Position numbers and translations under genes: made by a program. A stretch of 62,894 nucleotides of DNA, the filler included. It is 9 parts of 9 records of this genome, joined end to end, with 100 filler letters (N's around TTAATTAATTAA, not from the genome) between each part and the next. Parts side by side here need not be neighbours in the genome. Positions count along the whole stretch, not along the records: positions 7,554 to 17,629 come from SRR7504441_3026; positions 17,730 to 32,188 come from SRR7504441_3028; 7 more parts are not named here. The stretch is one strand, 5' to 3'. Below are positions 11,931 through 23,576 of this stretch, piece by piece. The notes beneath the pieces are model-generated. The model was not told where the DNA came from. It ran no database searches and saw nothing but the letters and a program-made list of their open reading frames with translations. Position 1 is the first letter of the stretch. Each line of letters opens with the position of its first letter.

Positions 11931-13777
11931 ATGGGGGGCAGCAGGCCGCGCGGAGTAGAGAACCTGGGCCACACGTGCTTCATGGCAGCGTGCCTGCAGC
12001 TGCTCGCCCGCGCCCCAGGGCTGGCCGCTCGATTGCTTGCCCAGAAGCCCCTGGAATGCCCGCTCGTGGCTGCGCTGGCCGCGATTTTCGCCGAGCTGCG
12101 CCGCGAGGGCGGGCCGGTGTGCCCCGCCGAGTTTGTAAGCTCAGCTCGGGCCGAGATGTCCTGGCTCACACCGGAGACTGAACATGACGCACATGCGCTG
12201 CTGAAGGAGCTGCTGGCGCGGTGCCCGTCTGAGAACTTTCAAGGGGAGAGCCAGAGCTGTGTGAGCTGCGAGCGATGCCAGACCACCCGCCAGACCAACG
12301 AACCGTTCGCTGAGCTGCTCGTGTCGCCGCCTCCACCGCCCCGTTCCACCGTGCTCGTGGGGCTGTTCCGCGAGTCTGCAGACCAGCCTGAGTATCATAC
12401 TGTTTCCGTACAGGCCTGGACAGTCTCGGTGGCCACACTTCGCGCGGCGATCGCGCAGGTGGCTCTATAGTGGGCCCGACCGACTGGGTCGCAGGCGGTG
12501 CAGCTGCCGGAGAGTCACATTGGGCTGGCCAGGTCCAGCGACGGCCTGATGGTGCTCCCAGGTGCGCCGACCGGCCGCATGGCTGAGCCGTAGGCAGGGC
12601 TTAAGGACAGCGCCAGGGTCTCGCAGGTGCTCAAGTTCAGCGAGCGGTACGGCGGCACCGAGAAGGCCGGGAACAACTGGCTGACTGCGTATCAGTTGGA
12701 CCCTGAGGTGCTGCGGAGTGCTGCGCCGCCCAGGCTGGAGGACTCGCAGCCACTAGAGGAGGCAGCTCCTGAAGCGCTGGACGCCCCCCCGCCCAAGCAG
12801 CAACCCCGGATCAGCAGCTTCTTCAGCAAGAAGCCGTCGGCAGGCACTAAGCGCCTGCAGAGCAGCCCGGCGGCACAGACGCCTGCAGAGAAGCCACCCA
12901 AGAAGCAAGCTGTGCTCAGCATCCAGCGCGTTGGCCCAACTGAGCTGCCAGAGCCGAGATGCCCGGCAACAGACGCGGAGGCCACGCCTGCGCTGGTATA
13001 CGTGCGCGTAGGGTGGACTGCGAGCACAGGGTCTGATGCAGTAGGAGCGCTGCGGTTGGTTAGAATCGAGCGCGATGCATCGGTTCAGAAGATCCAGAGC
13101 TCGGTGCTGGCGCTGCTGCCCGGCGGCGACCCGGGCAAGATCGTGCACCGAGCCCGGGGCGGGACGGGCCCGCCCCAGCCACTGGGCTCGAGCATGCAGA
13201 CCGGCGACATCATTACTATTGAGAGCGCAGCTGGCAGTCTCGCCCCTGTGTGCCCCCCTGCTGAGCTGGTGCGCAACCCGGCCCGAGCTGGGCTTACTGG
13301 CGAGCAGGGCCAGCCAATTGGGATACAAGAGCGGGTGCTCGGGCTGGCTGACTGCCTGGAGGCGATGCTGGCCGAGGAGAGGCTCGACGATCGATTCTGC
13401 GAGCACTGCGGCTCCAACCAGCCGGCGGTCAAGCGTGTGGCGGTGCCCGGGCGGCTGGCAGTGCAGACGATGGTGGGCAGGTGGCGAGGGCGCCTCAAGT
13501 GCTCGTTGTCAAGATCCAGCGGTTGGCGGCCGACCGTAGTATTGCGATTGAAAGCCCTTTGGTGGGACTAGAGATCCCAACGGCGGAGGGAACAAAGCTG
13601 TTTGATTTGGTGGGGTGCGTTGGATACGGGAGCAGCAAAACCAACGGGCACTACACGGCCACGGTCCTCGAGGACAGTTGTTGGTACAATTGCAACGACG
13701 AGAGAGTGAACAAAGTGCAAGCTTGCCCGGCGGCTGTCACAAGAACGGCGGACATTCTGATGTACGCAGCACGGTGA
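11931..13777 (+). CDS. Ubiquitin-specific protease (peptidase C19)
   Basis: Cys box GVENLGHTCFM, EHDAHALL, zinc-ribbon CxxC pairs (CERC, CEHC), and His box GHYTA...WYNCNDERV. Introns near 12460-12600 and 13440-13480. Confidence 0.85.
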
Positions 13778-13885
13778 TCATGCATGGGCTGAATGGGCAA
13801 TTAAAATACATATACAATTACGAGTACTCGTACTGTACTCGTACTCGTACTGCGCATACAGACTATAATACGGTGTACTCGTAGG

Positions 13886-14383
13886 TCAATGAAGCACCCC
13901 GCACTGCTTGCGGAGTGCGACTAGTGACGAGAGCGATTGTTCGGCATGGATGGCGGCCAGTGGCACATCGATCCCAAACTTCTTGACCATCGCATCCGAG
14001 CGCTCCACGATCCGCACAATCTCGCCCCGCCGCACCGTAAAGCTCGCAAACACTTGGAAGCCACGCACTTTGATACCCGAGATGCTGAGGTCGGTACCGA
14101 ACCACACCGCTCCCTCCCGACAGTCGAACCCTGTCTCCCAATGGGCCAGCACCGTGCCGTCACCGGCCTCGACGATGCTGTGTACTCGCACTGTGCTCTG
14201 GCCGTCGACGATGGAGGCCCAGATGGGGAGCGCGTGGTCGAGCAGCTCCGGCTTGCCGTGCCAGGCCTCCTCCTGCACCAGCTCGAAGTGCTCGGAGAGC
14301 AGCCCGCCAACCGCCGCGTAGTCGATCCCGGGCAGACTCCCGTGCGTCCCCTGGATGTAGGCCCGGACCACCTCGGCTGACAT
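13886..14383 (-). CDS. SnoaL/NTF2-like protein
   Basis: 165 aa with the pattern EVVRAYI...WHGK...IVEAGDGTVLAHW...FTVRRGEIVRI. Confidence 0.65.
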   Translation of the reverse strand: MSAEVVRAYIQGTHGSLPGIDYAAVGGLLSEHFELVQEEAWHGKPELLDHALPIWASIVDGQSTVRVHSIVEAGDGTVLAHWETGFDCREGAVWFGTDLSISGIKVRGFQVFASFTVRRGEIVRIVERSDAMVKKFGIDVPLAAIHAEQSLSSLVALRKQCGVLH

Positions 14384-14532
14384 TAATTGACGTTACGATT
14401 GCCGTTTTAGAGCGGGTTGACCTTGGCCGGGTTGACCAAAGCCATGCTCCACCTCCAGCAGTGACACCACCACCACAGTAGGCTCTAGAGCAGGAGGCGC
14501 CCGAAGGGAGGAGCTGATTGCAGGGTCTGGAG

Positions 14533-15933
14533 ATGCCAGAGGACCTGGCCGCCGGCAGCGAGCGGCTCGCGGAGCTCGGGACCGAAGGGGCCGAGCCAGC
14601 CGTGGAGCGGCCGTGCTTCCACTGGCAACTGCCAGTGGTGCTGGTGGAGTACACGGCTATGGCACTCAACCGGTCAGTGCTCCCGGAGCTGCTCTCCAAC
14701 GCGCTCGGTCGGTCGGTCTATCTGGTGAGTGGGTTGGCCGAGGGCGTCCGGGGGCTGCTGGCCTTTGGCAGCTCCCCGGCCTACGGGGTCTGGAGTGACC
14801 GCCATGGCCGGCGGCTGCCGATGGCGGTGGCCGCGGCCGGATACGGGGCCCCGCACGTGGTGTACGCCATGAGTGGTAGCATCTGGGCGTACATAGTGGC
14901 TAGCGGGCTGTCCGGCCTGTTCAACGCGAGCCTGCCGTTAGGGTTTGCCTACATCGCGGACACGGTGCCTAGGCAAGGGCGGGCGGCCGCGATCGGGCTG
15001 ATGATGGCCACCTTTGGGGTATCGATGGCTGTGGGCCCACTCGGCGGTGGGTTGATTGCGGCTCGATTCGGGACGCATGTGGTGTTCGTAGTCTCTTCGG
15101 TGCTCACTGGGCTGTCAGTGCTCTATATCCTGTACATTCTGCCTGAGTCACTCCAGACGCCCGACGTTCCGCCCCGCCCGCTCGACTGGCGCAAGGCTAG
15201 TCCGGTAGGCTCCATGCGAATGCTGCTGGCCAGCGGTGTGCTCACACGGCTGGCGCTGATTGCATTCTTGTACTATACAGCGCTGTGGACAGTGATATCG
15301 CAGCTCTTGTTGTATGCCAGGCGAAGGTTTGCGTTCAGCGCCACCCAGTCTGGAGCGCTGCTGATGATTGTGGGCTCGGGAATGATGCTGTCCGAGGGCT
15401 TGCTCATCCGGCTGTTGCTGAAGTGTATGAGTGAGCGCATGTTGCTTCAGTCCGGGCTGATGGTCTTCACAGTGTTCATGGTGTTGCTAGGGCTGGCCAG
15501 CTCTGGCTGGCAGTTGTATGCGGCCACCAGCTTGGCCGGCCTGTTTGGACTCGTCCAGCCCTGCCTAGCTGCGCTCGTGAGCCAGGCCGTATCGCCCAGC
15601 CAGCAGGGCCAGGCCCAGGGTTCGATCAACGGGGTCAAGGCAATCGCTGAGGGAATCGCGCCGGTGATCGCGGGCGCGGCTTTCTTTGTTTGTGAGGACT
15701 TCGAGCCTCTGCCCGGACTGCCTTTCATTGCCTCTGGTCTGCTCACAGCAGCCGCAGCGGTCATCGCTGCAGGAATTGAGGAGGTCGGAATCGAAGAGGT
15801 CGGAGCCAATAATGAGGAGGAGAAACAAATAGAGTGGTCGCTAGCGCCGACCTCGAGCTCGTCCGAGACCGAGGATGCCCAGACAGTGAAGCTTGGAGTC
15901 GAAATGTGCTTGATCCCACAATCCCCTGCTTGA
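14533..15933 (+). CDS. MFS transporter (TetA/MFSD14-HIAT-like)
   Basis: Motif A GVWSDRHGRR, FAYIAD, GPLGGG and QGQAQG; about 12 hydrophobic segments. Confidence 0.88.
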   Translation: MPEDLAAGSERLAELGTEGAEPAVERPCFHWQLPVVLVEYTAMALNRSVLPELLSNALGRSVYLVSGLAEGVRGLLAFGSSPAYGVWSDRHGRRLPMAVAAAGYGAPHVVYAMSGSIWAYIVASGLSGLFNASLPLGFAYIADTVPRQGRAAAIGLMMATFGVSMAVGPLGGGLIAARFGTHVVFVVSSVLTGLSVLYILYILPESLQTPDVPPRPLDWRKASPVGSMRMLLASGVLTRLALIAFLYYTALWTVISQLLLYARRRFAFSATQSGALLMIVGSGMMLSEGLLIRLLLKCMSERMLLQSGLMVFTVFMVLLGLASSGWQLYAATSLAGLFGLVQPCLAALVSQAVSPSQQGQAQGSINGVKAIAEGIAPVIAGAAFFVCEDFEPLPGLPFIASGLLTAAAAVIAAGIEEVGIEEVGANNEEEKQIEWSLAPTSSSSETEDAQTVKLGVEMCLIPQSPA

Positions 15934-16093
15934 TCATGAATGGGTATGTCGGCACACATTTAATCATAACCACATTCACTGCTCGTGCACATCAAACTTG
16001 ACATCAATACACAGTCGTACTCGTTTATTATGAATAATGATGGTTACTGCGTGCGTACTACATGTATGAATACTCATATCATACGTACATTTA

Positions 16094-17629
16094 CTACGTG
16101 TCCACTTGTCGAACCATCGGAAACTCATCCTGACGACACAAGGGACAGATCCACTTGTCCATCTTCACAATCGTCTCGACATCGCTCCGGGCGAGCCCAA
16201 TGCAGTCATAGTGATACCAGTCTTGACAAGGCCCATCACAGCCAACCATGTCCCGATCATCCTGTGGCTTGCGGCACAAGCAATACAAATCTTCACCCAT
16301 GATCTCTGCTGCTGGCAGAGCCGCAACCTACGCAACGGTTATTACGCAGTGTGGGCAGCAGCTTGCCTTCTGGCGCTTGGTCTTGGACTTTGGCACAGGC
16401 TGTTTATCGGTACCCGCCGCACCTTTACTGCGTTTAGCCTTGGGCTTTGGTATGGGATCCTTGGCGCCATCCGGCTCCTTGCGGCGCTTGCCTTTTGATT
16501 TCGGCACAGCTTTTCGTCCAGAGCTCGGTCGCATGCCTACAGCGTCCACAAGCATCGCCGCGTTGGTCTCTTCGGTGAGGAGAGTCGATACGAACAAATC
16601 AACCTAGATACACAATCAACAGGCCTCGGCCGTCAGAGGCTGACCAGCTCCCTGTAAACATTCTCGCACACGCCCTCGGGCCGCTTGACCGCCCGCCTTT
16701 GCTGCTCATCAGACCGGGTGCTGTCGGGTGGGACCAGCCCCCGAGCGGAGCTCATCCGGTCTTTCGCGACCAGCATCAGCACCGGTGGCACAGCCCAGGT
16801 CGGATGCCTGGAGGTCCTGGGCGTGCGCTTCTTGGACCTCTTCTTGAGTGGCGCCGGCAGAGGCGCCAATTGCTCCGTTTCAGGCAAAGCCAAAAGCTCC
16901 TCAAAGTCTGCCATCCCGAGCAGCGGACTGCCACAAGGCGTCTGAGTCGAATAACGAATAACGCAGGCGCTGTACCGCTCTTTTGATCGGCGGCCTGTGA
17001 AGTTGGACGCTATCAGCAGCTTCTTCTGTTGGCACCTCTGCTTGTATCGTTCCACCTGCATCCACCTTTGCACCAACCCGAATGTTGCACGCACCACTTC
17101 AGGAGGGGCCAGCTTCTGCCAGCGGCGCCAGCACTGATTGTCCGACCACAGGCCCACGAATTTGGCTACTTGCACCCAGGATATCTCCCCGCTGCCTGAG
17201 GCGATTGCTCGGTCCACCACCTCCAGCAGCCTTCCGTCGTCTCGCTCATTCCAAGGAGTATCGCATTTCTTCATAACATTGGTCCAGCGTTCCCGGCACT
17301 GGCTGGTGGTCAGCCCTAACCCTGCCAGTCGGCACCTGCATGTCGGTCCTCCCTGGCACGTGCTTTGCTACCCGGAACCAGCTCTTATCTCCGTGCGCCT
17401 CCACCTAGCCAGCCCTTTCCCGGCCGCCAGAGGGCCTGCGCACCGCGCATACCAGCATGGTCGTCTCCCGCTCGTCCCAGAAGCCCTTCTTGTGCGGGTT
17501 GAGCACCTTATGCCATCGCTGGAGGCACTGAGACCCGTTCCTCCGCCAGTTCTGCATGCTCCGTGCCACCTGCTGCCAGTCGCTCTCCCCGTGCTGCTTG
17601 ACCGCTTGCCCTGCGCCCCCTCAGCTCTC
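16094..17629 (-). CDS. SNAPC4: SNAPC4/MYB4R1-like multi-Myb protein with C-terminal PHD finger (5' truncated)
   Basis: Myb repeats (QCRERWTN; WNERDD...WVQVA...DNQCWRRW), then SNFTGRRSKER|PLLGMADF, resembling the plant SNAPC4 post-Myb motif. Splices in frame to the PHD LYCLC...MVGCDGPCQDWYHYDC...WICPLC. Confidence 0.7.
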
Positions 17630-17729
17630 NNNNNNNNNNNNNNNNNNNNNNNNNNNNNNNNNNNNNNNNNNNNTTAATTAATTAANNNNNNNNNNNNNNN
17701 NNNNNNNNNNNNNNNNNNNNNNNNNNNNN
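17630..17729. other. Artificial contig linker
   Basis: N-TTAATTAATTAA-N, 100 nt. Confidence 0.98.
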
Positions 17730-20700
17730 CGTCGACTGCCCACCGCCAGCCCGGTCCCACTGCTATCACTCTCTCTATCGATCGACTCGGAGAGCATCAA
17801 ACTTCGACGGCAAAGCTCAGCAGTCTCCACACCTAGCGCATCAAGCATGCCCGAGAAGCTGCTGCTGGGGTCTGCCAGCAGCTCGGCAGGAGCGCCCAAC
17901 TCGAGTAGCTTGCCTTTGCCCATCACGGCCACTGCATCGTAGTCGACAATGCTCTGGATTCGATGTGCGATTGTGATGACTGTCTTGCCGCCAAACTGTT
18001 CCCGCGCCACACTTTGCACAAGCCCGTCTGTCTTTAAATCGATGCTCGAAGTCGGCTCATCCATCACGACTATCTTTGCGTCTGACAGCAGCACTCGAGC
18101 AACTGACAACAACTGCTGCTCGCCTGAGGATAGTAAACTTGCGCCCTGGCCGATCTCTGCTTCAAGTAAGCTGGCCAATAGTCCCATCTTTTCAAGCACT
18201 TGCCGCAGCTCCTCGTCGCTGCGCTGCTCGAATGGATCTAGATTCCTCCGAATTGTGCCGCTCATCAGCAGTGGTTGCTGAGGAATAATTCTCATCACAT
18301 TCCTCAGCGTGTGCAGCCCCAGCTCACATATGTTTGTACCATCAATCCGGACGACGCCATCGAATTCGTTTAGCCGGAACAAGCAGGCCAAAAGGCTCGA
18401 CTTGCCGGCTCCAGTCCGCCCCACGACCCCTGTCTTCTTCCCACCCCGGAAGACGAGGTTCAACGAGTTGAGTGCCGGGGGCAGCGCCACCTGGTATCGC
18501 AGAGTTACGTTCTCGAACACGATTTCGCCGTGTGTAAGCCACTCCGCAACATCTCTTTCACCCTCTAAGTGCCAAGCCGGCTCCTGGGGTATTAGGGCGG
18601 AGTCTCTGTATTGAAGCAGCCGCTCGAGAGATGTCAAATAGCCGAACCACCTGTTGAAAGTGATAGCAAACGTTGAAAGTTGTTGAGGCAGATCTAGCAA
18701 ACACCCCAGCGCCAGGCCTATCATCGCAAGGCTAATGTCACTGTGCTGGTATAACAGCAGGTAACAAGACGGCACAACAATGATGACACCAGCAGACCCG
18801 AGAGTTGCAGCGATCCGTGGCCCACAGAACCCGCTGCAAAGGCCCCCTGGCAGAAAATTTCCAGCTCGATGGCAAACCGATTGGCGAAGAAACTTTCCAT
18901 GCCCATCGCGCGAATCGTTGCCCGGCCTTTCACTGACTCACCGAAGGAGCCAATGAGTTGGGATATCCGATTGTTCGCATGCCGTTTTATCTGGCGGTTG
19001 GTGCGCTCCGTGCACACAAGAAGAAAGCCATGAAAAGGCAGGGCCAGTCCAATCATGGCTGCAAAAAATGGAAGGATGATGCAAATCTGCAGGCACAGCA
19101 CCAATGTCAAACACGATATATAGCAAACTGAATCGGTCATCTCGGCCAGGAATTCGTCTACCAGTGCCTGCTCAAAGCCAGTCAGCTACATATAAACGAT
19201 TCGGCATGACTGACCATGTCTGTAATCACGCGCGAGAGGATTCTGCCACTTGGGTTAGCTTCGAAGAATCGCAGTGGGGCGTGCAGAAGAGTGCTGATGA
19301 TATCGCCATGCATGGCCATGCCCGCACGAATACCTGCGAATACCCAAACGACTCCACTAACCACCGCGAAGACCATGCATCCAAAGTTAGCTCCGCCATA
19401 GACGCCGGCATAGAAGCCAGTGTCGGCATCGGAACCATCTTCTTCCTTGCTCACCCATATGGCAAGCCATCTATAAACGAAGAACGTACAGCCAGTAGAA
19501 AGAAGGCAGAGGCCCACTGCTAGCGCGATAAGGCCAAATGAGGCCTTCTTTGCGTATGTCATCAGCACCTGGATGTTAACATCACCTGTACCAATCCTCA
19601 TCCCACAGCCAAGCCAGAGTGCACTCGCCTTTCTGCACCATTTCTTGCTCAACCAGCAGGACTGAGGCCTTTTCCTCCCTGCTGTGCGCCTCTAGCTTGG
19701 GCTGCACTTCGTCTGCTGGGTCCACCTTGAGTGCCCCGACGTCGAGTTCGTCCAGCAGAGACTCCAAGCTGCCCTTGGCTGCTATCAGAGACTCATAAGT
19801 GCCCTCCTCCACGACACGGCCATCCTCAAGCAACACCACCCGATCAAAATTAGACAGCAGATGCAATTGATTGATTGCCATCACGCAAGTCCCTCCGGCC
19901 CTCACATACTTGATTATTGCATGCTGCAAGATGTGGTTTGCGACCTTGTTGTCCACTGCAGCCAGAGGGTCATCCAGAAGCAGCATACCCGGGTTGATGT
20001 AAAGCGCCCTGGCAATGGCTAGCCGGGCCTGCTGCCCTCCCGAGAGCGTGATGCCTCGCTCGCCGATCTCGGTGTTGAGTCCATCTACCATCTCTGCAAT
20101 ATCCTCAGCCAGACAAGTCGCCTCAGCGACCATGTTAAACCTCACAGGGTCATATTCGTGCTGCATGACCACATTCTCGCGCACAGTGCCATGAATCACG
20201 AACGCTGATTGCGCCGTGTAGCCCATCGAGCTGCTGTTGACTAGACAGGAACCCTTAGTCCGCCCAACCTCTGATAGCATCGCTGCGAGCAGAGTACTCT
20301 TTCCGGAGCCAACAGCACCGATCACCGCTGTGAGCGAGCCCTTTGGGACGATAAGGTTGATCCTGCTGAGCGTCGCTGGCTGTGGCTCTGCTTGCTCCGG
20401 GTCAGCAGCGCTCCAAGAGAAATGTGCGTCTTGAATCACGACCATTTGATTGGGATCATCCGGACACCCGTGGATACTCTGCTCAGGTAGGTTGATGAAG
20501 TCTGTCAGCCGGCCGAATGATGCTCGGACAAAGCCAATCATATTCAGCGCAACCGGCAGCCGTCTGAGAGGTGTACCTAACGCCAGGAACACACCGAGTG
20601 TGGCAAACACATCGGCTGTCTCGAGCTGCTCACCACTAACCCCAATGTAGAGGAACGTGATGCACGCCGCCAGGGACGGGGCTATGCACCCGAATTGCTT

Positions 20701-21847
20701 AATAATGAATATTCTGAGCTGCATAGTCTTTGTGGTGGCCAATTCGTCCTCTCGGAGCTTCCCAATAATGTCAGCGTACTCCTGTTCCCACGCATGCAGC
20801 TTGATCGCCTTCATCCCCTCGACCACGTGCGTTACCATCGCACTCCGAGCGTCTATTTTGGTCAGCTGCGCCTTCCTCGAGACTGTACACTACCAGCTCA
20901 CACTACACATTCCGCACGGAGCGGACCTTGGTTGCGGGCCACCGTCCAATAGAACCCCCCCATGGCAGCAATCAGCACCGACATTCCACTCATACCGGGT
21001 CCCCATCCAACAATCAAGATCACAGTCACCGTCCCTGCGCCGATTTGGTGCGTGCAGGCCCGATGGCGCACCTCCAGCAAGTAAAACCAATGAAAGCGGC
21101 GCCAGGTAGATTTGCCGGGTCATCTGAACGATTTGCACAATGTCTGTGGATATCTGCCCCGAAGAGTCACCCCCCGTGTGATGCAGCCTGCACCATTGCG
21201 GCGTATTGTGCATCGGACGGACTCTTGAGCCGCATCTGCTTGTCCTGGATCAGGGAGCCAGCTATCAGCGCGAACTGGATGACCAGCCGCTCACCCAGGA
21301 TGTGCCGCATGCATCCTTGCAGAATTGTCTCCAGCAGCAGAATCCCACTCAGCACAGCCGCCAGCCAGTAGGCCCGGTCTACCTCATCAGCCTTCACTGC
21401 TCTGACGATGTACATCAAAACCAGGGGGCGGGCCACTGTGTACAGCAGCCCAAGACACAGGGAGAGCAGCAGGCCCACCCCGAGCTCGCACCGCAGCAGC
21501 CGCCAGCACACTCCGTACAGTGAGGCCGTCCCTTGGTTGGCCTGCACTGCCTGCCCGCGCTCCCGGAAGCTGTGGGCTGACCACCCAGGAGGCAGGCCCG
21601 GCAGCCTATCGTCCGTTAACTCCCGCGCCCTGTCCGAGCCCTCCCGGATCAGTTTAAAGACCCACAGCAAGAAAACAGTGCTCAGCAGCCCATCGTCGGC
21701 ACGAGATGGCGTTGGCGCTGGGGCGGGCGATGCCAAAAGCGGCTCCTTCAGCTCCGCAAGGGAAGCAACGGCTGGGGCGACGCTGCTCTTTCGCTGCTCG
21801 CTCGCGCGATCGATCTCAGGGCCGTGAGCGCGATCCGCCGAGGCCAT
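17730..21847 (-). CDS. ABCC/MRP-family ABC transporter (TMD-NBD-TMD-NBD), 3' end at the gap, one apparent frameshift
   Basis: NBD1 GAVGSGKS, LSGGQQAR, LLLDD. NBD2 GRTGAGKS, LSSGEQQL, VMDEPTS, IAHR. Five short introns resolved by eye. An unexplained frame change occurs near 18820. Confidence 0.9.
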
Positions 21848-22541
21848 TCAGCCGGGGCAGCCTCCGGGCACGGCTTTAGAAGATACCGTATTCCTATTGC
21901 CAGCACAGCTGCAGCCTGCAGGGCCTGCCACTGGGTGGCAGTGCTAATGCCACCGATCACCGTTTGTCCTCAACGACATTACAACGACATCTGCGTCGAG
22001 TGATCGATCTCCGCCGTCTCCGCCTTTGAGTCCGGACCGGTTCAGTCCGGAATAGGGAGTCTGAGCCTCTAGTAGAGGGCTCGTGGACAGTGCAGGACTT
22101 AGTTGCAGTCCGTTCCAGCCAAGGGTCGAGGGATAATGAAATGATCGAGTGCTCGCTCGCATCAATTGACGTACAATTGACGAGTATCTCTCACGTCGCG
22201 CTGCTCGATAGCCGCGCACAGCGACGAGTGCTGCCGGACCTGTGGATGGTGCCGCAGCGGTGCAATCCTCTCCAGGCTGCGGCTGTATGGTGCTGCCTGG
22301 GGGTCCCGATACGGTCGGGTCGGGTGGAGCTCATCGTACCGTCGGATAGCTGCCGCGATGAGCCGATCCGCTCCATCGGCCACCCCCCGGACCGTTAGGA
22401 ACCGCCTCAGGTGGCTCGAGGGATAGCTAGAGGCGAGCATCGCCAGCATGGTGCGCTGCAGGCCCTTGGCCTGCTTGCGGCTGGCGCGGGAGCGGCGGCG
22501 GCGGGCCGGCTTGACTATCGGCAAGGCCCAGTCCCGCGGCA

Positions 22542-23390
22542 GTGCATGAGCATGCCTTTGACACAGCTGTTGCGGGTCGCAAGCGGACTCCGCAAGAGCT
22601 AGAGCAGATGCTTGAGGCCGTCTCTGCTGCTTTAGTGAAGCAGCTTGCACGGCATAGAAACATGCCAATTCGAGAGGCATGGAAGCCTATTGATGACATT
22701 ATCAAGACAATCGGGCCAGCTATGCTGGTGATTGAGCCGATTGTGTTAGCTGACCAGAGACGGGTTCCCGAGTTTGCTGAAGGCTATGCAATAACCTTAG
22801 AGCAGGCTGCAGATAAAGCTAAAGACAAGGGGCTCAAACTGTGTGTTGAGATCGTCTGCTGCAATGGCCCCCCGGAGGAGGGCTGCCACGTGCCCCTCAA
22901 CGAATGGGCTAAACTTAGAGAAGCCCAGGGATTTGATGTCTACTACTGGCTTGAGACGGCTTGCATTGACGAACGCGAAACTGAAGCAGGCCTGATGATG
23001 ATGCCGTTATACTGCGGGGCCGCCAGTGGCATGCTCTGCTATCGCACTAGAGGATACGAGCAAGCGGCAAGCACTCGGTTGCACAGGACAGTCTTTGCAG
23101 CCATGCGAGGGCTAGCCTTCGAGGTTTTGGACCAGAACTTCGTGTTCAGTGGTGAGAGGGGTCAGCGGCCAAAGCAAGAGCTAGTTGCGGTGCTACAAGA
23201 CCCAGAGCAAGGCAACTATGTTGCCAGTGCTGACTTACGGCACACTAAAGCACTAGTGACTCTGGCCAAGTCCCGATGGGGAGCTTGTTGGCGAGACGGC
23301 AAAGACACCGAGAAGATGCTAAAGGAACTCAAGCATGTTGACACTTTGTCATTTGGTAAAACTCAACTTAGGAATCGGCGTCATTACTAA
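22542..23390 (+). CDS. Uncharacterised protein with degenerate HET-like region (5' end unresolved)
   Basis: 282-codon open frame containing VYYWLETACIDE...GLMMMPLYC, resembling the HET W(I/L)DxxCIDQ...LPxY motifs. Confidence 0.4.
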   Translation: MHEHAFDTAVAGRKRTPQELEQMLEAVSAALVKQLARHRNMPIREAWKPIDDIIKTIGPAMLVIEPIVLADQRRVPEFAEGYAITLEQAADKAKDKGLKLCVEIVCCNGPPEEGCHVPLNEWAKLREAQGFDVYYWLETACIDERETEAGLMMMPLYCGAASGMLCYRTRGYEQAASTRLHRTVFAAMRGLAFEVLDQNFVFSGERGQRPKQELVAVLQDPEQGNYVASADLRHTKALVTLAKSRWGACWRDGKDTEKMLKELKHVDTLSFGKTQLRNRRHY

Positions 23391-23576
23391 AAATTATGAG
23401 TATTTACTACGACGACTACGAGTACAATAATTATTCATGAATTACACAAGTACATGTACATGTACACGGTAGCGTACTTACGGTACCTAGTACTCGAGCT
23501 CGTACGCTAGGTACGAGGACTCGTACGAGGACTCGTACGAGTATTCTGAGAGTTGCATCCATGGTTGACATTTCAA

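Noticed and set aside
23490-23545. Short repeats in spacers as a possible CRISPR array or telomere
   Set aside because: No constant repeat with unique spacers, no cas genes, eukaryotic context, and no long uniform telomeric tract.
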